From NCBI RefSeq assembly GCF_964355755.1, contig NC_092676.1, positions 23,516,871-23,580,870 of the forward strand: a stretch of 64,000 nt of DNA, read 5' to 3'. The notes below the pieces were generated by a model. That model ran no database searches. It worked only from the letters and a program-made list of their open reading frames with translations, and was not told the DNA's origin. This stretch comes from Antedon mediterranea. Its lineage: Eukaryota; Animalia; Echinodermata. Position numbers and translations under genes: made by a program. Positions 1 through 32,458 of this stretch are shown in pieces. Each line of letters opens with the position of its first letter. Within the stretch, counting starts at the first letter, position 1.

Positions 1-460
1 TAAACGCTAATTCAGTAGAATATTTTTCTTGCAGAGAAACATCGACAAACTGTTACGGTTACAGATGCCAAGTTTTAATATTAATGAAGAATAGACAATA
101 TATTTCTGGATTGTGGATCATCTTGTCTAGAATAACATTCTCAAAGGACACAACAAACAAAAGCAATTAAAAAGTCAACATCTTTGTATAATAAACCTTA
201 CTGCAGGTTAAATATGTGTTATGGTTTTATTTTTCGTATTTGTGTTGAATTTAAAAAAAATGCTTTTATATATAGTCACTTTGTCAAAATTGAAAAAGCT
301 TGGCCTGGCCAAAATATGCATATCAACAGTAGAACCTCTGGTACATCCCTATATTCGCATGGGGCAAAAATATATTTTAACATTAAGGTCAACACTTATT
401 ACGGGTTATTAATATCTCCTTTGCGAAGTCTCCTGAATACTGGGACATCTCTGTTTTATT

Positions 461-643
461 TAAGCGTGGTTCCCACTAGCGACGCAACGCAAGGACGTAA
501 CGCAACGCAAGTGAATTGACCAATCACAAGCGATGGCTTATTCGCTTGTGATTGCTAACTGTCTATAACTTAGCTTGTCATTGGTTAAAACGCTTGTGTT
601 GCGTTTACGTCCTTGCGTTACGTTCTAGTGGAACCAAGCTTAA
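461..643. mobile_element. Palindromic MITE (family B), inserted into an older Tc1/mariner-type MITE remnant
   Basis: Terminal inverted repeats AGCGTGGTTCCCACTAG...CTAGTGGAACCAAGCT flanked by TAA/TTA; internal hairpin CAATCACAAGCGA...TCGCTTGTGATTG; near-identical inverted copy at 25556-25740. Confidence 0.8.
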
Positions 644-1427
644 GGGGACACTTTTCCATGAATTAAATGGTGATCAGTTGTTTTTACACTATACAATACT
701 GTATAGCTAACCCTTATCCAAGGCCTTTTGTTGGGTTCTAAAAGTGTCCAGTTAATAGGTGTACTCGGGTAACTAGTTTTGTTGATTGTTTGGAAGTTTT
801 ATTTATTGGATTTAAAGAACAATACTGTACATCTAATGTAGAATATTTCCTATAAAGAAAATTGTGGTTGACGTTGATTTCACAACACAGTATAACGTGC
901 TAATTGGCTGAATACAGCAGCACTTGAATATTCGATACATCTTTGCACTTTGACATCCGTTATGACGAGATCCTTTTCTATACATATCGATTTTGTTGTT
1001 TATCATTTCCCTAATTTTTGTCTCGCAAAAATTGTTCTTGTGTAGAATTCTTTGTCACAATGATAGAATGCTTATCCTCAAACTTCCTACCTTGAAACAA
1101 AAAGGAAGTGAAAATTGATTTCTAAAATACACAACAGATGTTTATGATTTTTAGAAGATTAACCCGGCTTTTTCGATGTTCGAGATCACAAGAGTTTTGA
1201 GACGGAGCAATAAGTGTAGATATATCATTTACGTAACTGGAGGATATGAAAGCTGATGGTTTATTGATTTGGTGAAGTGATAAATGTGTTGTCGGGCTGT
1301 GTCAAAGCCTTTGTGTTCAGTTCAATATTGATTTAACATTTTTCTTTACGTAATGAAAGATACAGTTCAACTAGAATGATTACTTAAACGAATGATATAG
1401 CAAGAAGAATAGAAACTCATTCAGGTT

Positions 1428-1720
1428 TTTATGGCCATACTGCGTTAAAATACCGGTTCTCATTAGATCATCAAAGTTAAGCAACATTGGGCCTGGTTGT
1501 GTTGTGGATGAAAGACCATCTGGAACTTGCGTCAGGTGGTGTATACACCGGAGAATAATGATATTATAATGCACATATAATGCGGGTTAAAGAACTTGGT
1601 ACATAATTCGAAAAGAGTAGGGGTCGTCTCTCGGTGTGCTGGCTCCCGTAGGTCCTTGGAGGACATAATCTGAATTTCCTCATATTCCAGTTAAGCTTGA
1701 GGATCAGAATAAATACCTTA
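1428..1720 (+). mobile_element. 5S rRNA-derived SINE (degenerate 5S head ~1430-1545 plus Deu/Nin-like core)
   Basis: GGCCATACTGCGTTAAAATACCGGTTCTCATTAGATCATCAAAGTTAAGCAACATTGGGCCTGGTT closely follows metazoan 5S rRNA with substitutions; downstream TTAAAGAACTTGGTACATAATTCGAAAAGAGTAGGGGT is shared with SINE copies at ~28320 and ~59245. Confidence 0.7.
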
Positions 1721-2541
1721 CCTCATTAGAATTAAAGTGGTAACCACTATTGTACTTAATTAGTCCCAATAAAAACAACTATTTAATCTCTTAAACAAAT
1801 TTTATTTCTTTGGCAAAATAAATTTTCAAAAAACAATTCAGAGCCAGACACAATACTTTAATCACATTCTGGTGAAGCATAAGCAATCGTATAATGTCCT
1901 CTTATAATTATTGTCTTTCTTAATTCCCTTTTTAGCTGATAAAATTCAACAGATAAGTATTCTTTTCTAGGCCCCTATAATAATGATTATATAATTTAGC
2001 TACCACATCAGTTAAAGCATAAATTGCAAAATATAAACACAGCTCAGTCAGTATACCCTTCAATGTAGCTGCATTATGTAGTACTACCAATAACACAATT
2101 GCCATACAATACAGTTATTTGTGTATTCTGCAACATTGATAACAGTAATGATTAGTATACACCGTGCATTAATAATACAATAGGACACATTATTATATTT
2201 ACAATTAGGACACTCCCAATGCCACACCCTAAGTCTGCTAGCAATACACTTAGTGTGGACATGGGATACATTATTTTACGTCATAAATACCCCTCATTTC
2301 ACCCGCCACACCTCAGAAGAAGTTAACAATACACTTAGTCTAAACAATCAATTTCATACTCAAAAGAAATTTTCAATTTACAAAACGAAAATAAGAAATT
2401 TGTGCAAGATAGGAATTCTTGTGTTAGTGAAACTGGAACACAGAAGTTAACATACAGTAGATACACTTTGCATACTGTATTTATAAAGCTATTATACAAT
2501 AGAGAGTTCATAAATATAGCTTTGATATAAAGGTGTTAGGA

Positions 2542-4453
2542 TTAGGTGGCTGAACTCGCTGATTGGTCAATAGACTGCTTTGATGTCTGCTTGACTCTGT
2601 AGTCGTTGAGGGCAGCCTTGATAGCATCTTCAGCCAACACTAAAAAAATAGGATAAAAATATAAATACAACTGTATTGTTTTAAAAATAATATATTTGCA
2701 AGTCAACTGTTTTTAGAATATTTTTCCCCAATATTTGTTCAATATACTGTAGTACAGTAGATCCCCTTTGTGGAGCACTTCTATTCAGGGGACATATTAA
2801 AGGGTCAATTTCCTGTAATTCCCAGGCATTGTTTGGTGGCAGCACGCGATACGAAGGGACCCTTAGGGGAAAAGAAAGTTGTGGTATGTGTTTCAGCCCA
2901 GTAGGCTGCAAGTAGCAGGTTATCCCTCACTTACATTTATATGTTTTAACACTACGGCCAACAACTATTCAGGAGGCAACCATATTAAGGAGAAATTTTG
3001 TTGGGTATAGAAGGTGTCCCCTTAATAATGGTCCTAATATATAAGAATTTAATTGATTACAAGTAAACTTATTACTTGAACAATGAAGTTTGACAGGTGG
3101 AAGACACAATTCATTTGTAATATCCTTGTTCTTGATTTCAGTGGCCTCATCCAACTACAAAGGGAAAAAAGGGAAATACACTCAATGAATGAAGAAAGAA
3201 AAGTTGAAATTGATTGAACTTGAATAATATTAATAATACTGAGCATTCTGCATTAAGGACTATAGGGTGTGATAATGGAAGTCAATTCCAGATCAATGGT
3301 GCTTGAGCAAAAAATATTTTGGGTCTGATTGGAAATGAGAGTTTGTTTTTAATTCTTGTCTGTTTATTCAAACTTGGCAAGGTGCAGATAACGTTAGCTT
3401 TAAGTCTTTCAAATTTAAATTATTTTTTAATGCCATAAAAATAAATTAGGGGGTGGGGGGTGGTGGAATTATACTAGGATTGCATTAACAAAGGAAATAT
3501 TTAGCCAACTCACAGTCTTTCCTTTCACCCATTCAGTGGCTAAAGAACTTGAAGCAATTGCTGAGCCACAACCAAATGTCTTGAATTTAGCATCAACAAT
3601 TTTACCATCGTCATCAACTTTGATCTGAAAGCAAGAATGTATTTATAAATACAATGACTACAATTATTTTAGTAGTCCAAAACATTTTTATTGATGCATT
3701 TTTTTAGTGTGGAAGCTTTAAAATTAAGGATTTTTAAAAGCATATTTTATTGTTTTAAGTTCATAGAATTTCGAATAAATGATGTGCACGTCACTACCTG
3801 AAGTTTCATAACATCACCACATGCTGGCGCTCCAACTAATCCAGTTCCAACATTCGCATCTTCTTTATCCAATGCACCCACATTACGTGGATTCTCATAA
3901 TGATCGATCACCTATTATTTTTTTTAAAACATCATATTTTATTAAACATTCAATGCAATCAATCAATAATACATAGTACATGTTGTAAAAAAAATCTTTA
4001 ATTATCAAACTCTAGAAACTAGCATATAATAATATACTATATTACTAGAGTAGATAGAGGCCTACTAGTACTACTGTAGACAAAAATACATTCATTATTC
4101 AATTACATGAAGTGAAGAAAAAAAAACAAAGCAACCTAGGCCTACAATAACATTAACTTTATTTATATTGTAACGACAATGAGATGAAAATGGGCTTTAT
4201 TAAACTACAAAAAAAAAGTGTGATTGAAGGGCGAAACGACCAAGCATTAAAACGTCACAAGGCAAAAGACGAATTGCGCATGCTATTTGTTACATAACAT
4301 GTGAAGTAAACAAGCCATGTTATTAATTTAATTACACGTAAATTTCATGTTTTCACTCACATTCTTATGATAACTTGAAGATAAACTAACGATAGCATTT
4401 CTCTTTTGAAGAACCAAACGCAGCGATTTTCCAAATTCACGGGCAAGTGCCAT
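2542..4453 (-). CDS. ISCU: Mitochondrial iron-sulfur cluster assembly scaffold ISCU, 164 aa, 5 exons (4361-4453, 3798-3911, 3514-3624, 3076-3154, 2542-2639)
   Basis: Spliced translation [43 protein letters not shown]...[89 protein letters not shown]...; three Cys ligands, LPPVK motif, basic targeting peptide, all introns GT-AG. Confidence 0.97.
2753..3042. mobile_element. Tc1/mariner-type MITE (family C, CTATTCAGGGGACAC subrepeats)
   Basis: Starts TACAGTAGATCCCC and ends GTGTCCCCTTAATAATGGT; related decayed copies at ~15440-15615, 18325-18510, 22570-22710, 35040-35080, 50320-50440 and 61843-62016. Confidence 0.55.
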
Positions 4454-4627
4454 TATTTTAGAGTCTTCTTTTGATGCGTTTTATTATTTTTTTAAGCAAT
4501 ATGGATGTGTGTCATGAGTTTTTTATTTTTGTGGTTTCGCCGCGCGCCCTCAAACACATCAACTTAGGCCTGCTTAGAGAGGGGGCGCAATGCACAACTA
4601 GCATAGAATTTTTATTAAAAAACAGAG
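4454..4627. promoter_or_regulatory. Bidirectional promoter shared by ISCU and FDX1
   Basis: 174 bp between the divergent ATGs; CpG/GC-rich elements TTTCGCCGCGCGCCCTC (E2F-like) and GAGGGGGCGC in otherwise AT-rich DNA. Confidence 0.75.
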
Positions 4628-7289
4628 ATGGCAGCCTTTCGAAGTATAACGCGAAATCTGATTTGCCACTCCAAGCAGTATTTTCAACAAGTTTTAACAC
4701 ATCAAACCACCGCAAACTACATTCGACTAAAACCAATAACATCATGTAATATACTTCTTGGTCGATTTTCCTCTTTGCATCCAAATCAAGCCAAAGAAAC
4801 GTAAGTGAAAGTTAGGCCCAACTAGCTAGGCCTACTGCTGTTTGCTTCTTCTTGTGAAAGCGCAGCCTTGACTTGATATCCTGGCGTGAAACATAGGCCG
4901 GTAATTCATTAGGCCTAGCCTAGCTATGTAAATTACATTTAATACCATAGGCCTACTGTTTATTCTATTTTTTAAATTTAATGCATACAGGAATAACTAG
5001 CCTAGCTAGGGTAATGCTTTAGGGAATATCCCACACCATTAATTTAATGGAAGAAACATTTATTTTATTTAATTATAATTTAAAATTATTATTAGGCGTA
5101 GGCCCTAGGCCTAGGTATATAATATATTATTACTTTAATCAATAGGATAAATGTGACGTACATAAACAGAGATGGTGAAAAGGAAACCGTAAAAACTGCA
5201 CTTGGTGAAAACCTTCTAGACATTGTACTTGATAATGACCTAGATATTGATGGATTTGGTAAGAATAACACTGTCATACTAATCTACCCCGGTATGGTTA
5301 TATGACCAACAATGATATCCAGTACATGTTACTAACATGTTCTAGTAGTAAATTTAACATTTAGTTAAAATATTGTTAAACTTTTCATTCTAAAGCGCGT
5401 TAATTGTCAGCTTCTCAGCCACAAAAAATTGCTTATGACAGTCGGTGGTCTTCGGTTTCGTAATAAACCTAATCGGTATTTTTTTAATTAAAAAAGTATA
5501 AAACGTACACAGTTTTAAAAAAAGAAGCAAACAGAGTACATTTCTTCAAGTGGAGTATATACTAACTAAAAGCATACATGTCCCACGCATCTGACGTGAG
5601 GCTAACACTTTTTAATGCAAGCTTTCCCGCCAAGCACCTAAAAATGTTTCACAAATCTCAATCTTTTTTTTTTTTTTAAATTACTTGAAAACGACAAAAT
5701 TATATGATTTAATCACAAAGCTATTTGAAATCACCTTTTTATGAAACTGTAATGTATCTGAATTAACACTACACAGGCAAATGTATAAAGCTCTCCCTAC
5801 ACTCTCATACTTTATTTGACAAAATGTGATGTGTTGTGTGTGATGGACAAGATGATGTCATGTCACTACCATATTTGGGCATATCAATACCTTATTTGGG
5901 CATGTCACACTTTTTTGTCAAACTAGTTTCATAGTGTAGACAGAGCTTTAGGTTACTGTTATACAGTTTTTATACGGTATAACTACTCACATACTGTTTA
6001 CTCATACTTTCATAGAATGTAGTATGTAAATGTTGTCTGATAGTGTCATAGTCATTTTGTTTGTCATAGGTCAGATTAGTGTCTTGGCTGCTCAATCTTT
6101 GTTTGTCTACATCTGTTTGATGTCATGTGTACTTTGAGCCACTATTTATATTCACCCTTTTCAAACTGGCCCCTTTATTCAAATAAATATACCTAGGAAT
6201 ATGTGTGCCACACACAAAAAAACAATAATTAATGTACAATTTTTAAAGATGCAACTATTGATACTCCAAAAACATGAAAAATGAAGATTAATAAAATCAG
6301 ACTTTGAATTGGACATTTTTTTTTCAAGTTATTTAGTTCTGTATAAAAAAATTAACAAAAATAGTGGTTTCAATTTAATGAAAAACCCATTGTCTGACAG
6401 ACAAATTAGAATATGTTTTGCTTTAAATAACAGTACAGTAAATAAAATGTTTTCGATCAAATTTTTTGTCAAAGTGGGTAACTATAATTATGTGACATTA
6501 AAATGGCATATTCAGTAAAAAAAGAATTGTTTTTTTCTGGGGGACAATACATGTTTAAATCATTTGAGAATGATTTGTTTTTTTAGGTGCCTGTGAAGGG
6601 ACATTAGCCTGCTCAACATGCCATTTGATATTCAAGAAAGAAATCTTTGATCAACTTCCTGGTGCCACAGATGAAGAAATGGATATGTTAGATCTTGCGT
6701 ATGGACTTGAAGAAACGTAAATCTTTTATTATAAAAAATTTATTATTTTCAACATTTATATACATAATCATCTTATACCTCTTTCACACCTGCAAAAAAG
6801 TAACAAGTTGTAACAAGGTTTGCATAGTGTGAAGACAATTTTTTTGGAAAAGGTAAACACACCGATGAGAGGCCTGTTTTTGTTTTAAGTTGTTGCTGCG
6901 CATGCATGTATTTCCCTGGTATTAAACTGACCAACCAGAGTAATCAAATAGCGCAGAACTATGTGATACAGTGCACCAAGTCGTTCCATAGGGAATTAGT
7001 AGTAGTACTCATCATGATACGATACACAGGCATAAGCCATCTCCCAGTGGTGCCTATCTCCTCTCCGGGTTGGTGGTGTTTTTAAATACAAAACATGAGA
7101 ATATAAACAATATATAAAGCGTGCCAAAGTAAATTATTCACACATAATGACAGATATCCAATATATAACTGTATTGTATTCATTTGTATTTCTAGGTCTC
7201 GTTTAGGTTGTCAAGTGTGTGTAACTAAAGATATGGACGGAATGGAGGTCAAAGTTCCTGAAGGAATCAGTGATGCTAGAGATGTCTGA
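4628..7289 (+). CDS. FDX1: Mitochondrial [2Fe-2S] ferredoxin, adrenodoxin/FDX1 type, 169 aa, 4 exons (4628-4800, 5146-5258, 6587-6716, 7196-7289)
   Basis: Targeting peptide [11 protein letters not shown]..., then [11 protein letters not shown]...[22 protein letters not shown]...[46 protein letters not shown]. The [18 protein letters not shown] and LDLAYGL signatures and the SDAR end match FDX1; the FDX2 C-terminus (NFYVDGHxPKPH) is absent. Confidence 0.95.
5786..5950. mobile_element. MITE family A (PIF/Harbinger Tourist-like)
   Basis: TAAAGCTCTCCCTACACT...AGTGTAGACAGAGCTTTA TIRs, TAA/TTA flanks, internal CACTACCATATTTGGGCA repeats; eight copies in the window. Confidence 0.8.
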
Positions 7290-7969
7290 AGGTCAACCCA
7301 TCAATGAGAGAGATTATATAATTCATATCAATATGTAAATGATGATGATAATAATTTAAAGAGAAATCAAATTAAACATATCATGCTCCACTATGATTGC
7401 TGAGCTTTCCACTTGAAATTGTCTGGGCAGATCTATTTGAACTTCTAAATGCTGTGCCTAGTGGCAGGTGTTGTACAACGGCCGCATGCATTCCCGTAGG
7501 GTGTTAATAGTTACTATAGTTCACCCATCCTTAAAAAATAGTTTTATCACTGTTGTACAGGCCTGCTAAAAAGGTAACACTAAAAAATACTGGCCCTAAA
7601 ATGTGTAATGAATATTGATTATCTCCTACCTTCGTCCTCTTTGATTGGCCAGAAATGACAGATTAGTTTAGCATCTGAATAAAATATTTTTATATAAGTA
7701 AATGTCAATAAATATAGATTAATGATGAAAATGATTGTATTGTATGGTAAATTGAAGTATTGTATTTCTGTTCTGTAAAAATAGTTATAAATAAAAGCTA
7801 TCATGAAATATGTTAATGAACTGAAAGATTATAACCATAGAGATGATTTTATTAAATAACAAAGGCTGTGGATTAAATTCCATGTAAAAAAAAACATTTT
7901 AATCATCAAATTGAGAGGAATGAAAAAGAGGAAAAGTTGATTGTGTTGGAATTGTAATAACTACGCCCT

Positions 7970-8420
7970 CTATTTTATCCTGAAAAATCGATAATCACGA
8001 CTCCTCGACCTCTCCTCGCCGCGAGTGAAAAGTGAAAACCGCGAAGCGAAAGAGAGGTGGTTTCAACGGAAGTTACCGGTGTGTGAGTGGAGTCCATTTA
8101 CGGTTTGATTTTCCTATTATTTCTTACACTTAATATATGCTTAGGGTAACATTTTTCATAGCATTCATTATTTAAAAAATGTCTTATTCTGATTGTTAGC
8201 TTGGTTTTGCTTAATATATTTTTTAATTCATAAAAATTAGTTAATCGATCGGCCGACACTTTACCATCATGTAAATGGTACGCCAACGGTAGCCCGACGA
8301 GCTGATGTTCGTGTGGGGGCGTTGGCAAAGAAAGGGCGGTTGTGTGGTGGTGTAGGATTTATCTTTGGGATTACTCATTTTTGGTCATTTCGGGACTCCG
8401 CCTTTCCGTGTTTTTTTCCT
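7970..8420 (+). promoter_or_regulatory. CpG-rich promoter and probable non-coding first exon of the ERM gene
   Basis: Local CpG cluster (CTCGCCGCGAG, CGCGAAGCG, CGATCGGCCG) in CpG-poor DNA; donor GTGAGT at 8083; the ATG-containing exon has an acceptor at 10256. Confidence 0.55.
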
Positions 8421-10338
8421 TCTTATGCTGGTCGCTGTGTATGTTAATATTGGACAAGAAGGTTAGTTGGAAATATAAGTCTAATGTTAGTATCATCTTT
8501 ACTTTTTTTTATGTGCTTGCTTGTATTTTATAGGGTAACAGACAGTAGTTGTCTCTACTTCTATTAGAGTAGTACTACTACTAGCCTACTTCTACTAAAG
8601 GACTGGCTAGACTAGATTTATTATATATCCATTAAAAAGAGGGATGAGCCTAGATTTAGATCAGGCTAGGATGAGAGGGAGTAAGTCTTCTGCTGCTTCT
8701 GTTTGAATCTGTTGGAGGGTCCTAGCTAAATAGGTGTAGGTATAATTAGTTAGGTCAACAGGTTACCATACATTCAACAGGTAAGGTATTGATGATGGTT
8801 TTTCATCAAGCAAAAAAAATAACTGACAATTTTATCAATTAATGTTTAATTTATTAAATAATTCATCAGTAGATTTATTTTCCAGGTATTTCTAATTATT
8901 CAAGAGAAGAGATTTTTTTCTATCAAAAATTACTTGCACTGTGAAATCAATGACAATTTACTCTTTGTTTGTTTTGTATTTGTAATTGAGGAAATTGATT
9001 TTATTTTGAATTACTGTGTTTCATCAAACCAAATAAATTTGGTTTTAATGATAAAAAAATAATAGTTTGGTTGTTGATATAAATATGTTATAGGATTACG
9101 TAGGAATATTTCTATAGGCCTATAATTTGTATTGCATACTTTCAAAATGAGTCACATATATGAGTAGTCCCTTGGCTTCATGATACATGCATAGAAACTA
9201 AATAACATTGGGTGGTACTACACTAAATACTATTCACAACTATCTGACCTGTTGTGAAATGAGGTCATAGGTCAAGGCCTAATAAATGTTGTTTCTGTAC
9301 CCAGGCTTTAATTATACTTTTTATGTGTTTGAGTGACCAGGCCACTATGAAACTTTTTGTGTTTAAACAGGGAGGTGATCTGATAGTGTTAGTTTCAAGT
9401 AGTAAAGCAAATTAGCTTTTCTGACCCAGTATACTTATACAAATAGTGAAATCGGCAATAATGATAATTAGTGACCGGAGTACTGTACAGTATGCATACA
9501 GCCAGAACAAGCATGACCATTTCGTGATAAAGTACAGTAGGCCTCAAAATGGTGTAAAATTAACGGTCAGCTTCTTTATTTAGTCGTGGGTTGTTAAGCA
9601 AGCGGTTATTAATTAAGGCTTAATTACCTTATCTGATGCTTACAGTACTACAATCACATCAATACGCTTCATAGCGCATTCTACTAGTACTACTGAACTG
9701 TATATTGTGCCATTTATTCCTGTCATGGGCTGGGTGTGTCTGAAGTGAGTCTCAATACCAAAGGTCAATGTAGTTAAAAATGCAAAATGTTCATCATCCA
9801 CACAGTAAAATAGCAATAAATGTATAGTCTGAATATAATGTAACGTGACAGTCATTGTACCAAATTATGTAACCTTACTGACACAGTACACAATAAAAAA
9901 TATTCAGTTAAAAACAAAGTATATAAAATAGTTTTGTATAAAGAGGAAATCTTTTTTGCAACCATTGATTTCAGTAGCGGATCCAGGATTTTAAAATAGG
10001 GCGTGCCCAGGGCCTAAAATAGTAAATTTTAGTAGACAAACTGAAATTAGTGTCCTACCTTTTGCATTACAAAATTCAAAATTTAGGGCTGGCTGGAATA
10101 TCCCCTTGATGCCAGTGGATTTCAAGTGAAGTCCACTATTAGATCAAAGTGACAGTATTTGAAATCTTTGAACTGTGAATCCTGTATAGTATGTTTCCCT
10201 TCCTATGTACATTAAAGATTAACATTAGTGTTTAATATCATTATTTTATCTTACAGAGGTGATCTACTCTTGGCAAATAAGACGGAATATATTCCAATTA
10301 TTTTTTGTAATCATTAGGACATAAATTAACAAATCAAG

Positions 10339-31893
<21,555 letters not shown>

Positions 31894-31982
31894 ATTGCAA
31901 AATTAAGAGCAATTACTCCATAAGGTAATCATTTTTTTTCTTGTTGTTGGTGTTTAAAATTTTCTAAAATAAAATACCTTAA

Positions 31983-32458
31983 AGATGTATTGTCCCTTGA
32001 AACACAAAAAATGAAGGTCAAAATATTCTAAATTTAAATTGGCCATATCAAAATAATATTAAAGTTATTCACTTTAAGTTGAAAATTTGAGCCAAAAAAC
32101 AACAAGTTTACATAATTATTATTATTTGAGAGAAATTGACGCGAGTGAAAGTAAACAAAGATTTTGCAAACCACGAGTATGCATGCATAATATACTAATT
32201 AAGATTGTTTACAACTTGTCACGGTTGAGACTGTGTTTTTACACAGATCGCGATGGAAGCATTATGATTATGCATACAGAGTAGCCACACAAGCGCGTTG
32301 CATTTTGGGATATGTTAATTTTGATTGAAAACTTTGACTGGAAACAAAAAACATCTGTATTTCAGTTAAATGATTTTTTTTCACTAATTATGATACTTCA
32401 AAATGACCCACTTTTTTTCAAATATTTTTTTGGAATTAGTCAAAGGGACAATACATCT
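31983..32458. mobile_element. Kolobok-like non-autonomous element just after the ERM stop codon
   Basis: TTAA|AGATGTATTGTCCCTT ... AAGGGACAATACATCT|TTAA: TTAA duplication with AG/CT termini; a more decayed relative lies at ~6247-6554. Confidence 0.7.

Noticed and set aside
35-94. Possible terminal exon of an upstream + strand gene (acceptor TTTTTCTTGCAG, RNIDKLLRLQMPSFNINEE*, AATAAA at ~190)
   Set aside because: Too short to identify; the frame cannot be fixed without upstream sequence.
1430-1545. Functional 5S rRNA gene
   Set aside because: Many substitutions in conserved positions, no oligo-T terminator, and it runs into a SINE-like body.
7287-7320. Selenocysteine or read-through at the FDX1 TGA
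   Set aside because: The protein is complete at that position, another TGA follows six codons later, and no SECIS was recognised.
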